61,912 nt of DNA from a virus, in the IMG/VR virus record IMGVR_UViG_3300045988_115461, one strand, 5' to 3'. A program made the position numbers and the translations under genes. The notes under the pieces are model-generated. The model worked only from the letters and a program-made list of their open reading frames with translations, was not told where the DNA came from and ran no database searches. Of the stretch, positions 45,201-54,725 are shown piece by piece; within the stretch, counting starts at the first letter, position 1; every line of letters begins with the position of its first letter.

Positions 45201-46647
45201 GGTAAAGACCGCCGGTACGTTAACGTCCGGATTCTCCGGACAGGGGCTTCACGTAAGCAAACCGTTGGCGATTACGGATACCTTCGTTCAAGAGGAATTT
45301 TCCGGCAAATGGAACGGAACAGGTGATTTCATCTTGAATTATACGGGGGAAATATATATCTACAACGTCCAGATGTCCACGCATCCCGTGGAGGATCTAC
45401 GGTTGGAGATGTCCACCCTTTTTCTGCAGACGGACGAGAAGATCGGCATGTACGCCCAAAAGATCGACACGTTGAACGGCACGGTGACGGACATGGGGGT
45501 AGAATTGGATAATACGACCAGCACGTTATCCTTGTATGTTGACAAGACTGACAGCATAAACCAGACAGTGACAAGCCTAGGCTTAAAGCTGGACGGTGTA
45601 GATGAGAGCTTGACGCTGTACGCCAAGAAGACCGACGTATCCGGGCTGAAAACCGAGATGGAGGCGGCTATCAAGGTGAACGCTGACAATATTAATCTGA
45701 AGGTATCTAAGGATAGTATCATATCGAGCATCAACCAGACGGCGGAGACGATCAAGATAAACGCTAGCCGACTCAATTTGAACGGTTTCGTGACATTTTC
45801 CATGTTTGACCTAAGCACCCAGAATACGATCAAGAACAAGGTTAGCTCAGGTGATCTAGGATCGATGGCGTGGAAAGATGGTGTCTCTTCCGATGATCTG
45901 TCTTGGGCATTAAGTCAAGAAATATCGAACAAGGTCAATCTGACTACCTTAAACAACACTCTTTTAGGTTATACGAAAAGTGGGTCTATCACAAAAGAAG
46001 ACCTGGCCAAAGCCCTTCAAGCGGAATTAACAGGGAAACTTACAGGTAGCGCCAGTGTGGGAGCGAACAAATTGGCGAGCGTGATAATAAACGGACAGAC
46101 GCTTATAGCGGGAGGGTATATTCAAGCGGACTTGATAAACGTTAAAGACCTTGTCGTAGGCAGTACCTTGAGTATCGGTGCGTTCTCCTTGAATAGTTAT
46201 AATGGTCTTAACTGGACTGGCTCTGACTATTTCGGTAATACCTCCTTTAGGTTGACTGTAGGGGGAGGATATACATACAATACCGGAACAAGTTGTAAAA
46301 CCATGGTAGGGGCTTGGAGCAATTCCGCTGATACCCATGCATGTATATCTGGTATATGCAACACTTTTGGCGTAGCCATATATGGATCAACAGACGGATG
46401 GGGATCGAATTTTCCTCCGGATGGATCTAAGTACGCAGGCTTTTTCAGTGGGTCGGTATTTGCTACGGGCCAAATGCGTTGTTCCGGATTTTCTATTTAT
46501 AAGAGTTCTGACATGTACCGCTATCATTATCCCGGAGTTTCTTTCAACCCCGCAGATTTCGACTTAGACAATATCCGTCTTCGTGTTATGGGCGGCATAA
46601 TCGTCGGAGTGACCGATGATAACGGAAATATTTTATTAGGATCATAG
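42244..46647 (+). CDS. Large tail-tip / baseplate-hub protein with fibre-like C-terminal repeats
   Basis: A 1467-aa ORF after the Dit-like gene. The C-terminal third has coiled/fibre-like segments (TLNGTVTDMGVELDNTTSTLSLYVDKTDSINQTVTSLGLKLDG). Confidence 0.55.
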   Translation: MIEIKDISGKVKFSTPINVGAKGRFMLMKEDYITIPFSTDIPVDLKRGDYVDLRGVFDDALGGKLAKVYKYLTLQNPSVIPGKYSYELRFDAYYYEWNTKIFKFTPESHGQEAGWNLTAPLDIHLGLFLRNLKANGYTYNGVDYIFDIDSTVENKAFLMTYDNIHLLDALFSMASKDKWNCDCWITDNVIHFGRCEFGDAVDIELGVEAAAMTRSESKGTYATRVYVFGGTRNIPANYRPVDEQAVVNGVVQKRLMLPEGTPCIDAYPGMTDTEAVEDVVVFDDVFPKRIGTLSDVTTVDRDTETDGEVTGQFKAYQYQDPGLDFKEDYILEGEELKITFQSGKLNGMVFGVTFKPEGTDKGSQIWEIIANEDYGRLLPDEIMCPENGDEYVLSGFNIQLVSDQYIPEAEKELLAKGQEYVKKTSIDDGTYPTTLDSEWVYQDQINRTYDAGQRIRLINPAFFPSDGRISRVIGWEMNLDIPYDSPVYTIGESTQYSRIGELEDKVDTLTYKGQTYTGGGGSGVYIIRTNDSTPASDSNVFSALRSLTTFLRKDKPDVAGFDITFEQDIILSGEKSSIYSDRYAGGFGHENGFRLLADGTMWLKDLRVKNDSMFAGSLSSPTFASGFPNGTGFMIAPYKVTNAAGVEETKYKLEIDSISVRNELKVYTFVVSQLLGENDNRIFAGMMEVDHYDPETGRIYLDTDGGRLYNPFREGDILMVQQFQGDPTLQNDYKMTKSYELKVVEVAVGDLSDGENRLDWLRFTNFVGNLSDIAKRDTLCRVDNPDNSTRSGIMKITTVDEFGTPYMDVIRGMKTDPENCVKVRVGNMNGLVTPYFGRLEGDGIYVENLYARGQFMLDTGENVKTKFEIVEGRLSSEMSSVRYELSEKDNCLTNASFSADTVGWVLGNDVSLFTVKERFMAVNDSFYAEKDKVTGIVEVSSRKALYIKNSGVKQLNSYLKNKPDGQLEMPDGTKVWPSYYVSFMYMVKTAGTLTSGFSGQGLHVSKPLAITDTFVQEEFSGKWNGTGDFILNYTGEIYIYNVQMSTHPVEDLRLEMSTLFLQTDEKIGMYAQKIDTLNGTVTDMGVELDNTTSTLSLYVDKTDSINQTVTSLGLKLDGVDESLTLYAKKTDVSGLKTEMEAAIKVNADNINLKVSKDSIISSINQTAETIKINASRLNLNGFVTFSMFDLSTQNTIKNKVSSGDLGSMAWKDGVSSDDLSWALSQEISNKVNLTTLNNTLLGYTKSGSITKEDLAKALQAELTGKLTGSASVGANKLASVIINGQTLIAGGYIQADLINVKDLVVGSTLSIGAFSLNSYNGLNWTGSDYFGNTSFRLTVGGGYTYNTGTSCKTMVGAWSNSADTHACISGICNTFGVAIYGSTDGWGSNFPPDGSKYAGFFSGSVFATGQMRCSGFSIYKSSDMYRYHYPGVSFNPADFDLDNIRLRVMGGIIVGVTDDNGNILLGS

Positions 46648-46670
46648 ATTTTTTTAAAAACAGTAGAATT

Positions 46671-46967
46671 ATGAAAGTAGATTTCAGTAAAGTAAGTATT
46701 AACGCTACAGTAGAAGGCGATCCCGTAGTTATTGACTTGACAAAAGAGGTAGGAAACTTGGTCTATGGACGTACGGCGGATATCGCTGTCTCTGATTTCG
46801 GAAAGAAGATATACTACAGCAAGGAAGCTATCGATGTTCCGAGACCTATGGCTGAGTCCATCAAGGAGATTATCATGGGATCATCCTTTATCGCCCCCTT
46901 GAAAAATGCCATGAACGAGTTACTAACCCCTAAAACGAAAAAAGATGGAAACAACGACAATCAATAA
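46671..46967 (+). CDS. Hypothetical tail-module protein (98 aa)
   Basis: ORF only. Confidence 0.45.
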   Translation: MKVDFSKVSINATVEGDPVVIDLTKEVGNLVYGRTADIAVSDFGKKIYYSKEAIDVPRPMAESIKEIIMGSSFIAPLKNAMNELLTPKTKKDGNNDNQ

Positions 46968-47226
46968 GTCCTTGACGGAAGCCCTTTCTTCCACGGGTTT
47001 CGTAAAGATAGAGGCATCCCGAAAAGAAAGCGAGCCATTCCAGCATATAGATGCCTACATATACGATGCCGGTACCCGTATCGGCTATGCTTCCGTAGAC
47101 CGGGGGAAAAGGCTCTCTTTCTTCCAAGAATCCCCGGACAGCCTTACCGGAGAGGAATGGGTAAGCGCATATACGAAGGTGCAAAACGCTTTCGACAGGA
47201 TATTTAACGAGACGGTAACCCTATAA
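46945..47226 (+). CDS. Hypothetical tail-module protein (93 aa)
   Basis: ORF overlapping the upstream gene by 23 nt. Confidence 0.4.
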   Translation: METTTINKSLTEALSSTGFVKIEASRKESEPFQHIDAYIYDAGTRIGYASVDRGKRLSFFQESPDSLTGEEWVSAYTKVQNAFDRIFNETVTL

Positions 47227-47240
47227 GCAATCTTGATCCC

Positions 47241-50200
47241 ATGGCATATACTCTCGAAGAAATTAAAGAACTGGTCGAGACTTTAACCCCGATCGTAAAG
47301 AACGCTATAGAGGCGGGTTCCCTTAGCGTAGAGGATCTCCGTGTAGCGGAGAGCATGGACTTCGTAAACTCTTTGCCGGCCTTGGAGGAGAAAGGTCTTA
47401 ACGTCTCTTACGTGAAGGTCCGGCTGAAAGACTTGCTCGGTAAATTGGACGGGGATTATGCCAAGGAGCTGGAGGCGATCAAGAAATTGCTGGAAAAGAA
47501 GGTGGATAACGGCTACTCGAAAGACGGTAATCTGTATCTTACCTCCGGGGGCATTGTCGTATCGGACGCTATCCCGGTAGGCTCCGGAAGCGGGGGCGGC
47601 GGCGGGGCTAGCTCGCTGGGCGAGCTTACCAACGTGGATGATATCGTAGACCAAGATCCGGACGAGTCCCGTGTGCTGGTGCAAGAGGCCGGTAGCTCGC
47701 TCTGGACGGTGAAGAACCTCTCCGAGATCGGAGGTGGAGGTGGTGGTGGCGGCGTGACCATGAAACTCGTGAGCGTCACCGATACGCTCATCACCACGGT
47801 AGAGGGGGCCGCCGTCACCGTGGGATACAATTTCACGAGCGTCTATCAGGATGACGGTTCCGAGACCGGGCCGGGAACGGCCACTTACACCGTGAACAGC
47901 CAGAAGGTGGGCATGGTATCCATCTCGCAGGGCAATAATTATTTCGATCCGACGGAACACTTGATCACCGGCTCCAACACGGTAAGGGTAACCGTGTTGG
48001 ATAGCACGGGATCGTCACGTTCCCTATCCTATACGATTGAGGTGATATCCATGTCCATATCCTCCTCCATAGACCCGGCGCTCGTCTATTCCGGGGAGAT
48101 CGTGTATCGCTATACGCCCGTGGGGGCCATCAACAAGACGGTGCATTTTGTACTGGACGGGAAGGAGTTGGGAACGGTGGAGACCAGCGCCTCGAACCGG
48201 CAATTGACCTACGTGATCCCTAGGCAGACGCATGGGGCGCACTTGCTCCAAGTCTACATGACGGCCCTTATCAACGAGGAGCTGATCCGGAGCAACACGC
48301 TTACCAACGACCTTATCTGTATCGTGGAGGGGGATAACACGCCTATCGTGGCCTCTTCTTTCGCCCAGACCGCCGCGCGGCAATACGACCGGCTCACGAT
48401 CCCCTTCGTGGTCTATACGCCAGACTCCTCGCTATCGGAGGTTACGCTATCGGCGAACAACGCCACGGTATCCACGCAGAGCGTAGACCGCACCTTGCAC
48501 GAGTGGAATTACCGTATTCCCCAGTCGGGAGATCTCTCCCTAAAGATATCCAGCGGGTCGGCCTCCCGGACCTTTACGCTCACCGTATCCCCCGCCGAGG
48601 TGATCGTGGAGCCGGAGAAGGCGAACCTGCAACTCTGGCTGACCTCGCAGAACCGGAGCAATAATGACAATAACCGTAACGAGTGGAAATACGGGGATAT
48701 ATCCGCGGATCTGACCGGCTTCAACTTCAAGACGAACGGCTGGATCTCGGAACGGGATAGCACCTCCCTCCGTGTGTCGGGTGACGCCCGTGTGCGTATC
48801 CCGCTGAAGATATTCAAGGATGATTTCCGGGCCACGGGTAAGACCATCGAGTTCGAGTTCTCCACCCGCGACGTGACCGATTACGAGGCTATCGCTATCG
48901 AGTGCGTGAACGGGGGAATCGGCCTTCAGATATCTTCCCAGAAAGCGGTGTTCTCGTCCGAGCAGACCACGATCGACACCCGGTTCAAGGAGGAGGAGAG
49001 GGTTCGCATCTCCTTCGTGGTTGAGAAACGCACGCTAAACCGTTTAATATACATCTATATCAACGGCATCATGTCCGGGGCGGCGCAATATCCGTCGGAG
49101 GATAATTTCCAGCAGAAGGTTCCGCAGGATATCGTGATCGGTAGCGAGGGCTGTACGATCGACCTGTATAACATCCGTGTCTACGATAACGACTTGAACC
49201 AATACCAGATGCTCGATAACTTCATAGGCGATCTGGACGATTACGACAAGGCGCTGGCTATCTACAACCGGAACCAAGTATATAATGATTATGGGGATAT
49301 CACCTATCAAAAGGTGTTGGAGCGATTGCCTTGCTTGATCTTCGAGGGGCCGTTGCCTACTTATAAAGGCGATAAGAAAACAAACAAGGTCTATTTTACG
49401 GACTTGCAAGAACCCGGGCGATCTTTCTCTTGCGAGAACGTCCAGAATGACGTGCAAGGTACCTCCTCCCAATATTATCCGAGGAAGAACTGGAAGTTCA
49501 AGTTCAAGGCCGATATCACCTACACGGAGAGCGGAAGGACATCGCCCACATACGCGTTACGGGCGGATAGTATCCCCGTGAACGCCTTTTGCGTGAAAGC
49601 GGATTTCGCCGAGTCTTCCGGTACGCACAACACGGGTATGGCCAAGGTCATCAATTCCCTATTGATAGAGATGGGGCTTACCACCCCGCCCCAAAAGACA
49701 AACAAGGAGGTCCGCACAACGGTAGACGGCTACCCGATAGCCATCTTCCACCGTGAGACGGCCAGTGATACGCTCGAGTTCGTGGGTAAGTATAATTTCA
49801 ACAACGACAAGTCCACCGCCGAGACCTTTGGGTTTTCTGATGGTGATGAGAGCTGGGAATTCTCGAACAACACCTCCGATCGTTGCCTCTTCAAGTCCGC
49901 CGATTTCTCCGGGACGGACTGGATGAACGACTTCGAGTCCCGCTATCCGGACGATGACGCTATCAACGCCGAGTACGAGGCGGGCACCCGCAAGCCGGAG
50001 AAGCTTATGGCCGTTACCTCATGGGTCGTATCCACCAAGGATAACTTGGAGAAATTCAAGAACGAGGTTCGGAATCATTTCAACCTTGATAACTTGATCG
50101 CCTACTACCTTATCACCGAGTTGTTCGGTATGGTGGACCAGCGGGCGAAGAACATGTTCCTTACCTATTTCCATGAGGAGGGGAAATGGATCTTTATCTT

Positions 50201-53200
50201 CTATGATAACGACACCTGTTTCGGCCTGAATAACGAGGGGTTGATCGCTTTCGGATACAATATAGAGTATCACGACAAGATAGGTACGCTAAACGTCTGG
50301 AACGGTGAAAGTAGCGTGTTGTGGAACAACCTTGAGAAATGTTTCCCTTCCGAGATCGAGGCGATGTACAAGGATATCCGTACCCGTGGATTGCTCTCGT
50401 ACGACTTGATCATGTCCGTGTTGAACGGCGAGCAATCGGACAAATGGTGCGAGGCGATCTACAACGCCGACGGTCGTTTCAAGTATATCGACCCGCTGAT
50501 AGAGGAGGGCAACGGGTCTTACCTGTACGCCGCCCAAGGCTCCCGTATCGAGAACCGTAAGTGGTGGACGTATAACCGCTTCCTTTATGTCGATAGCAAG
50601 TACACGGCGGGCAGTTTCCTCTCGGATTTCGCGACCTTGCGTCTCTATACGCCCCGGGAATGGACGGGCGTGTCCCCGTCGGCCAACATGACGATCATCC
50701 CGTACGCCGATCAGTATACCCGTGTAAAGTACGGTTCCTACATGGTGGGGCAACGTACCTACAAGGACGTGCCGGTATTGATTGAGGCCCCCGACATCGT
50801 GTTTAATGACACCGAGACGATCATCTATGGGGCGAGCCGGGTGAAATCTTTTGGGGATATGTCGGGGTTGTACGCCGGTACGATCGACGTATCCAAGGCT
50901 ACCCGCCTCTCTGAGTTGTTGATCGGTAGCGGCGTGTCGGGCTATCAGAACACGAACCTTACCGTACTCTCGATCGGAACGAACAACATGCTCCGCAAGC
51001 TGGACATCCGTAATTGCCCGAACTTGAGGCAGGCGGTGGATATCTCCGGATGCGAGAACATGGAGGAGGTCTACGCCCAAGGCACGTCCATCACCTCCGT
51101 GGTGTTGCCTGCCGCCGGTATCCTCTCCAAGCTGTATCTCCCGGCTACCCTCACGGGCTTAACCCTCCGTAATCAATCCAAGCTTACGGACGCTTATTTC
51201 GAAATAGCGGGGGTGGAGAGGCTTACGACGATCGTTTGCGAGGATACGGGGATCAACGTGTTCTATCTTATAACTCGGTGCTTGGGTATCAAGAACCCGG
51301 TGTTGAACCGTGTCCGCCTTATCAATATCAATGCCTCGGCACCGAACCTGAACGACCTCTATAAATTGATCAAGGTGGGTGGTATCGACGAGAACGGCAA
51401 TAACGTACAGACCGCCGTCATAACGGGAAAATACCACGCCATATCCGCTACCAGCGATAAGCTAGCCAAGTGCCGGGCGGCTTTTCCGGAGCTGGAGATC
51501 ACCTATACGACGCTCTTACCGCCGACTATCACGACATTCGTGTTTAGATCCTCTCAATCCAAGACGATTACCAACGCTGTGTTCGAATGCGGGGATTATG
51601 AGTACGAGAAAGTAAATGAATATACCTATAAGGTAACGGCTGATGATGATTCCATAGTCCCCATTATCTTCAAGTGCGATAACCACAAGGATTTCTCCGC
51701 CGAATATCTCGTGTCCGGAACTCGTACGCAGGAATACACGATCACATACATCCCCTTGCGTACCATCCGGGTAAAGGTCTACGGCCAATCCGTCTATCTC
51801 TCCGGTGCCATGATCACCACCGATACCAAGAGCTACACGACCGACGCAAACGGATACGTCTATATCCGTGGCGGCGAGGCGATGAAAGGAACCGTATCAG
51901 CGTTGGGCTACGGAAGCAACACGTTTGATTTTCCAGCTATCACGAATGACACGAGCCATACGCTGGAGGTGTATGCTGTGGTAGATGTAAAGTTCGTGGT
52001 GAAGAGTCAAGATAACGTCCTAATCGAGGGGGCAACCGTTTCTTGTGATGGAAAGTCAAAAGAGACTAATCTATACGGGGAGTGTATATTGCAGATAACC
52101 AAGGGAACGTATGACTATGACATTACGCATCCTAACTATTTTGATTATAAAGGGCAGGTAACGGTCGGAACGTCTGCTATGAGCGTCAATGTCTTTATCG
52201 TCTTAAACCCTGTAATCTTGAAGCCAGAGGAAAACGGGAACATACAAATGATGTTGGTCGGTACATCTTGCTCTATCAGCGTCACTTCTCCTACCTCCTC
52301 CTATGTGATAGACTGGGGGGATGGTACGACAGAAAACGCTTCGGGAACAGGATCTAAGTCCTATAGCCATACCTATACGGATAACGGCTATCATAACGCC
52401 GAAATACTTTCTTGTGAGGATGTAACATACGCCATAGGATCAACTTCATGTCTCGCTGCATATTGGAGTATTGGTGATAGCACCGTAGTTGATATCACGT
52501 TTTATAAATGCTCCAAATTGATCTATTTTGGAAATGTTTTTAAGAATGATAAAAAAAGGACTAAAGTCTCAGAGTTGCTGTATGGCTGCACCAATATCAC
52601 TTCGGTTGATCTGACTCCTCTGGCTGGATTGGTGAACGTTACGAATGCCTCAAGGTTGCTGTCTGGCTGCACCAATATCACCTCGGTTGATCTGACTCCG
52701 CTGGCATCGTGGGTTAATGTCACGAATGCCTCAGAGTTGTTGAATGGCTGCTCTAAACTCGTCTCGGTTGATCTGACTCCGCTGGCATCGTGGGTGAACG
52801 TTACGAATGCCTCAAGGTTGCTGTTTGCTTGCTTCAAACTCACCTCAGTTGATCTGAGCCCGCTGGCATCGTGGGTTAATGTGTTTAACGCAAATTATTT
52901 TATGCATGGCTGTGTCAGCTTGGCCTCGGTTGATCTGACCCCGCTGGCATCATGGATGAAAGTTGATAACGTCAGAAATATGCTGTCTGGCTGCACCAAT
53001 ATCACCTCGGTTGATCTGACTCCGCTGGCATCGTGGGTTAATGTCACGAATGCCTCAGAGTTGTTGAATGACTGCTCTAAACTCGTCTCGGTTGATCTGA
53101 CTCCGCTGGCATCGTGGGCGAAGGTAATCTACAATTCATCATTGATAGTTGGTTGCTCCAAGCTGATTTTTATCAGCGTTCTATCCACTACTCTCTTCAC

Positions 53201-53342
53201 CCTCTCCTACGGAGCCTTGACGAACGGTAACTCCTGTCCGATCTACGTGCCGGACGAGGCGGTAGATACCTATAAGATGGCCACGAACTGGTCCGCTTAC
53301 GCAAGTCGTATCAAACCCATATCAGAAAAAACGGAGTCATGA
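47241..53342 (+). CDS. Giant tail fibre / receptor-binding protein with a CotH-like central domain and C-terminal BspA-type leucine-rich repeats
   Basis: 2033 aa with Gly tracts near the N-terminus. CotH-like strings are NWKFKFK, ADFAESSGTHNTGMAKVINSLL and DQRAKNMFLTYFHEEGKWIFIFYDNDTCFG. Seven 27-aa LRR units occupy the C-terminus. Confidence 0.7.
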   Translation: MAYTLEEIKELVETLTPIVKNAIEAGSLSVEDLRVAESMDFVNSLPALEEKGLNVSYVKVRLKDLLGKLDGDYAKELEAIKKLLEKKVDNGYSKDGNLYLTSGGIVVSDAIPVGSGSGGGGGASSLGELTNVDDIVDQDPDESRVLVQEAGSSLWTVKNLSEIGGGGGGGGVTMKLVSVTDTLITTVEGAAVTVGYNFTSVYQDDGSETGPGTATYTVNSQKVGMVSISQGNNYFDPTEHLITGSNTVRVTVLDSTGSSRSLSYTIEVISMSISSSIDPALVYSGEIVYRYTPVGAINKTVHFVLDGKELGTVETSASNRQLTYVIPRQTHGAHLLQVYMTALINEELIRSNTLTNDLICIVEGDNTPIVASSFAQTAARQYDRLTIPFVVYTPDSSLSEVTLSANNATVSTQSVDRTLHEWNYRIPQSGDLSLKISSGSASRTFTLTVSPAEVIVEPEKANLQLWLTSQNRSNNDNNRNEWKYGDISADLTGFNFKTNGWISERDSTSLRVSGDARVRIPLKIFKDDFRATGKTIEFEFSTRDVTDYEAIAIECVNGGIGLQISSQKAVFSSEQTTIDTRFKEEERVRISFVVEKRTLNRLIYIYINGIMSGAAQYPSEDNFQQKVPQDIVIGSEGCTIDLYNIRVYDNDLNQYQMLDNFIGDLDDYDKALAIYNRNQVYNDYGDITYQKVLERLPCLIFEGPLPTYKGDKKTNKVYFTDLQEPGRSFSCENVQNDVQGTSSQYYPRKNWKFKFKADITYTESGRTSPTYALRADSIPVNAFCVKADFAESSGTHNTGMAKVINSLLIEMGLTTPPQKTNKEVRTTVDGYPIAIFHRETASDTLEFVGKYNFNNDKSTAETFGFSDGDESWEFSNNTSDRCLFKSADFSGTDWMNDFESRYPDDDAINAEYEAGTRKPEKLMAVTSWVVSTKDNLEKFKNEVRNHFNLDNLIAYYLITELFGMVDQRAKNMFLTYFHEEGKWIFIFYDNDTCFGLNNEGLIAFGYNIEYHDKIGTLNVWNGESSVLWNNLEKCFPSEIEAMYKDIRTRGLLSYDLIMSVLNGEQSDKWCEAIYNADGRFKYIDPLIEEGNGSYLYAAQGSRIENRKWWTYNRFLYVDSKYTAGSFLSDFATLRLYTPREWTGVSPSANMTIIPYADQYTRVKYGSYMVGQRTYKDVPVLIEAPDIVFNDTETIIYGASRVKSFGDMSGLYAGTIDVSKATRLSELLIGSGVSGYQNTNLTVLSIGTNNMLRKLDIRNCPNLRQAVDISGCENMEEVYAQGTSITSVVLPAAGILSKLYLPATLTGLTLRNQSKLTDAYFEIAGVERLTTIVCEDTGINVFYLITRCLGIKNPVLNRVRLININASAPNLNDLYKLIKVGGIDENGNNVQTAVITGKYHAISATSDKLAKCRAAFPELEITYTTLLPPTITTFVFRSSQSKTITNAVFECGDYEYEKVNEYTYKVTADDDSIVPIIFKCDNHKDFSAEYLVSGTRTQEYTITYIPLRTIRVKVYGQSVYLSGAMITTDTKSYTTDANGYVYIRGGEAMKGTVSALGYGSNTFDFPAITNDTSHTLEVYAVVDVKFVVKSQDNVLIEGATVSCDGKSKETNLYGECILQITKGTYDYDITHPNYFDYKGQVTVGTSAMSVNVFIVLNPVILKPEENGNIQMMLVGTSCSISVTSPTSSYVIDWGDGTTENASGTGSKSYSHTYTDNGYHNAEILSCEDVTYAIGSTSCLAAYWSIGDSTVVDITFYKCSKLIYFGNVFKNDKKRTKVSELLYGCTNITSVDLTPLAGLVNVTNASRLLSGCTNITSVDLTPLASWVNVTNASELLNGCSKLVSVDLTPLASWVNVTNASRLLFACFKLTSVDLSPLASWVNVFNANYFMHGCVSLASVDLTPLASWMKVDNVRNMLSGCTNITSVDLTPLASWVNVTNASELLNDCSKLVSVDLTPLASWAKVIYNSSLIVGCSKLIFISVLSTTLFTLSYGALTNGNSCPIYVPDEAVDTYKMATNWSAYASRIKPISEKTES
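52584..53150 (+). repeat. Seven tandem 81-bp coding repeats (27-aa LRR units)
   Basis: Unit starts (GC(T/S)N/KL..) at 52584, 52665, 52746, 52827, 52908, 52989 and 53070. 52657..52794 and 52981..53118 are identical except for one base. Confidence 0.9.
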
Positions 53343-53719
53343 GAACAGACGAATCGAACAACAAGCATCTGATAGCGGAGGACGGCAAGGTCTTCCGCCG
53401 TATCAGTGACGGATGGATAGCCGGACCGGAAATCTATCTGGGCAAGACCTATCACCTAGGCGGCGACAGGCTGGATACCCCCTTGGAAGAACTCCCCGGG
53501 CACTATGAGGAGATCGACGATCCGGTAGCCGCCGAGACCGTATTGCTTGACGAGGATACCGATATGAAAGAAGCGGTGAGGCCAATGATAGCCGCCGATG
53601 CCTCCACCGAACCTCCCGACGATCTTCCTCCGGAACCCCAAAAGGTGACACTGGCCGATTATCGTGCCTTGGAGAGGAAAGTGGAGATGATGATGAGATT
53701 ATTAGGAATCAACATATAA
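53339..53719 (+). CDS. Hypothetical acidic protein (126 aa)
   Basis: ATGA overlap with the fibre stop. Confidence 0.5.
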   Translation: MRTDESNNKHLIAEDGKVFRRISDGWIAGPEIYLGKTYHLGGDRLDTPLEELPGHYEEIDDPVAAETVLLDEDTDMKEAVRPMIAADASTEPPDDLPPEPQKVTLADYRALERKVEMMMRLLGINI

Positions 53720-53741
53720 TAACAATTAAAGGATCGGAAGT

Positions 53742-54209
53742 ATGAAAGAATTAAATGAGATTTTTATCGTGGCGTGGATAGTATTCGGATTATACATGCT
53801 TGTGTTTTTCGCTGCCATGGCAGATCTATGTAGCGGGATAAGAAAGGCTAAGTTACGTGGCGAGGTAAGATCCAGCTACGGTTTCAAGCGGACGGTTGAC
53901 AAGTTGGCGAGGTATTACAACCTGCTTATCGCTTTGACCGTTGTGGATTGCATGCAGATGGCCGGCATATGGTATCTGGACATTTTCTACGGGTACCATA
54001 TACCTATATTCCCGGTTGTAACGATGATCGGGGCTATCGGTCTTGGGATTATCGAGGTGAAATCCATTTTCGAGAAGGCAGAAGACAAGGTCCGTAACGA
54101 TTACCAGCAAGTGTTGATGCTGGCTGGAGAGATCGCCAAGCACCGGACTGATCCGGAGGAGATAGCGAAAGCGGTTGTTGATTATATAAATAAGGGGAGT
54201 GGAAAATGA
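53742..54209 (+). CDS. Holin-family membrane protein
   Basis: Several TM helices, and DLCSGIRKAKLRGEVRSSYGFKRTVDK resembles the phage holin_4 signature. Confidence 0.6.
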   Translation: MKELNEIFIVAWIVFGLYMLVFFAAMADLCSGIRKAKLRGEVRSSYGFKRTVDKLARYYNLLIALTVVDCMQMAGIWYLDIFYGYHIPIFPVVTMIGAIGLGIIEVKSIFEKAEDKVRNDYQQVLMLAGEIAKHRTDPEEIAKAVVDYINKGSGK

Positions 54210-54613
54210 GAAATAATAGTCTGCCCAGAGGGTTGAGAAACAACAACCCCGGGAACATCAGGAGGAACAACGATGTCTTCCAAGGCGAGAAGACAAGCTC
54301 TGATCGAGAGTTTAAACAATTCAAGTTGATGGCATACGGTTACAGGGCGATCTTCAAAATCCTGTCTAACTATTACCGGAACTATAAGCTGGATACGATC
54401 CGCAAGATGATAGGAAGATGGGCACCACCGAAAGAGAACCATACGGAAAAGTACATTCAATTTGTATCTGACTACGCTGGAATCCCGGCTGACGATCCGA
54501 TCAATATTAACAACCGAGAACAGATGATTCGGATTGTGGCAGGGATGAGCCGTTTTGAGAATGGGAGAGAAGCGGATATGTCGGATGTTATTGCGGGGTG
54601 GACTTTGTTGTAA
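54206..54613 (+). CDS. Putative lysis-module enzyme (RNNNPGNIR family)
   Basis: ATGA overlap with the holin stop. It has the GLRNNNPGNIR motif. The enzymatic class is not established from sequence alone. Confidence 0.35.
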   Translation: MRNNSLPRGLRNNNPGNIRRNNDVFQGEKTSSDREFKQFKLMAYGYRAIFKILSNYYRNYKLDTIRKMIGRWAPPKENHTEKYIQFVSDYAGIPADDPININNREQMIRIVAGMSRFENGREADMSDVIAGWTLL

Positions 54614-54725
54614 TTAACATGGGAAATGACAGACCGTGTTTGCGTTCTTTGATATAGTGGGGGCATTGTTTTTAATTCTGATGCTATTTTTAGCATTGAA
54701 AATTCTATTTTATGTATGATTTTCC

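Noticed and set aside
52584-53150. Regularly spaced 81-bp repeats that could be mistaken for a CRISPR array.
   Set aside because: The units are contiguous with no unique spacers, in frame within the fibre gene, and encode leucine-rich repeats. No cas genes are present.
47241-53342. Diversity-generating retroelement targeting the fibre tip, or a retron associated with the structured RNAs.
   Set aside because: No reverse-transcriptase-like ORF (no YxDD-type motif) occurs anywhere in the window, and I found no template-repeat copy of the fibre C-terminus outside the gene.
42628-53651. Many long antisense or alternative-frame ORFs in the tail-tip/fibre region (for example 47283..47960, 48024..48383, 49044..49472, 50289..51080, 45360..45839).
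   Set aside because: They lie inside long, coherent plus-strand structural genes in the G+C-richer part of the genome, where stop codons are rare in all frames. Their translations are Arg/Gly/Pro-rich and low in complexity, with no motifs.
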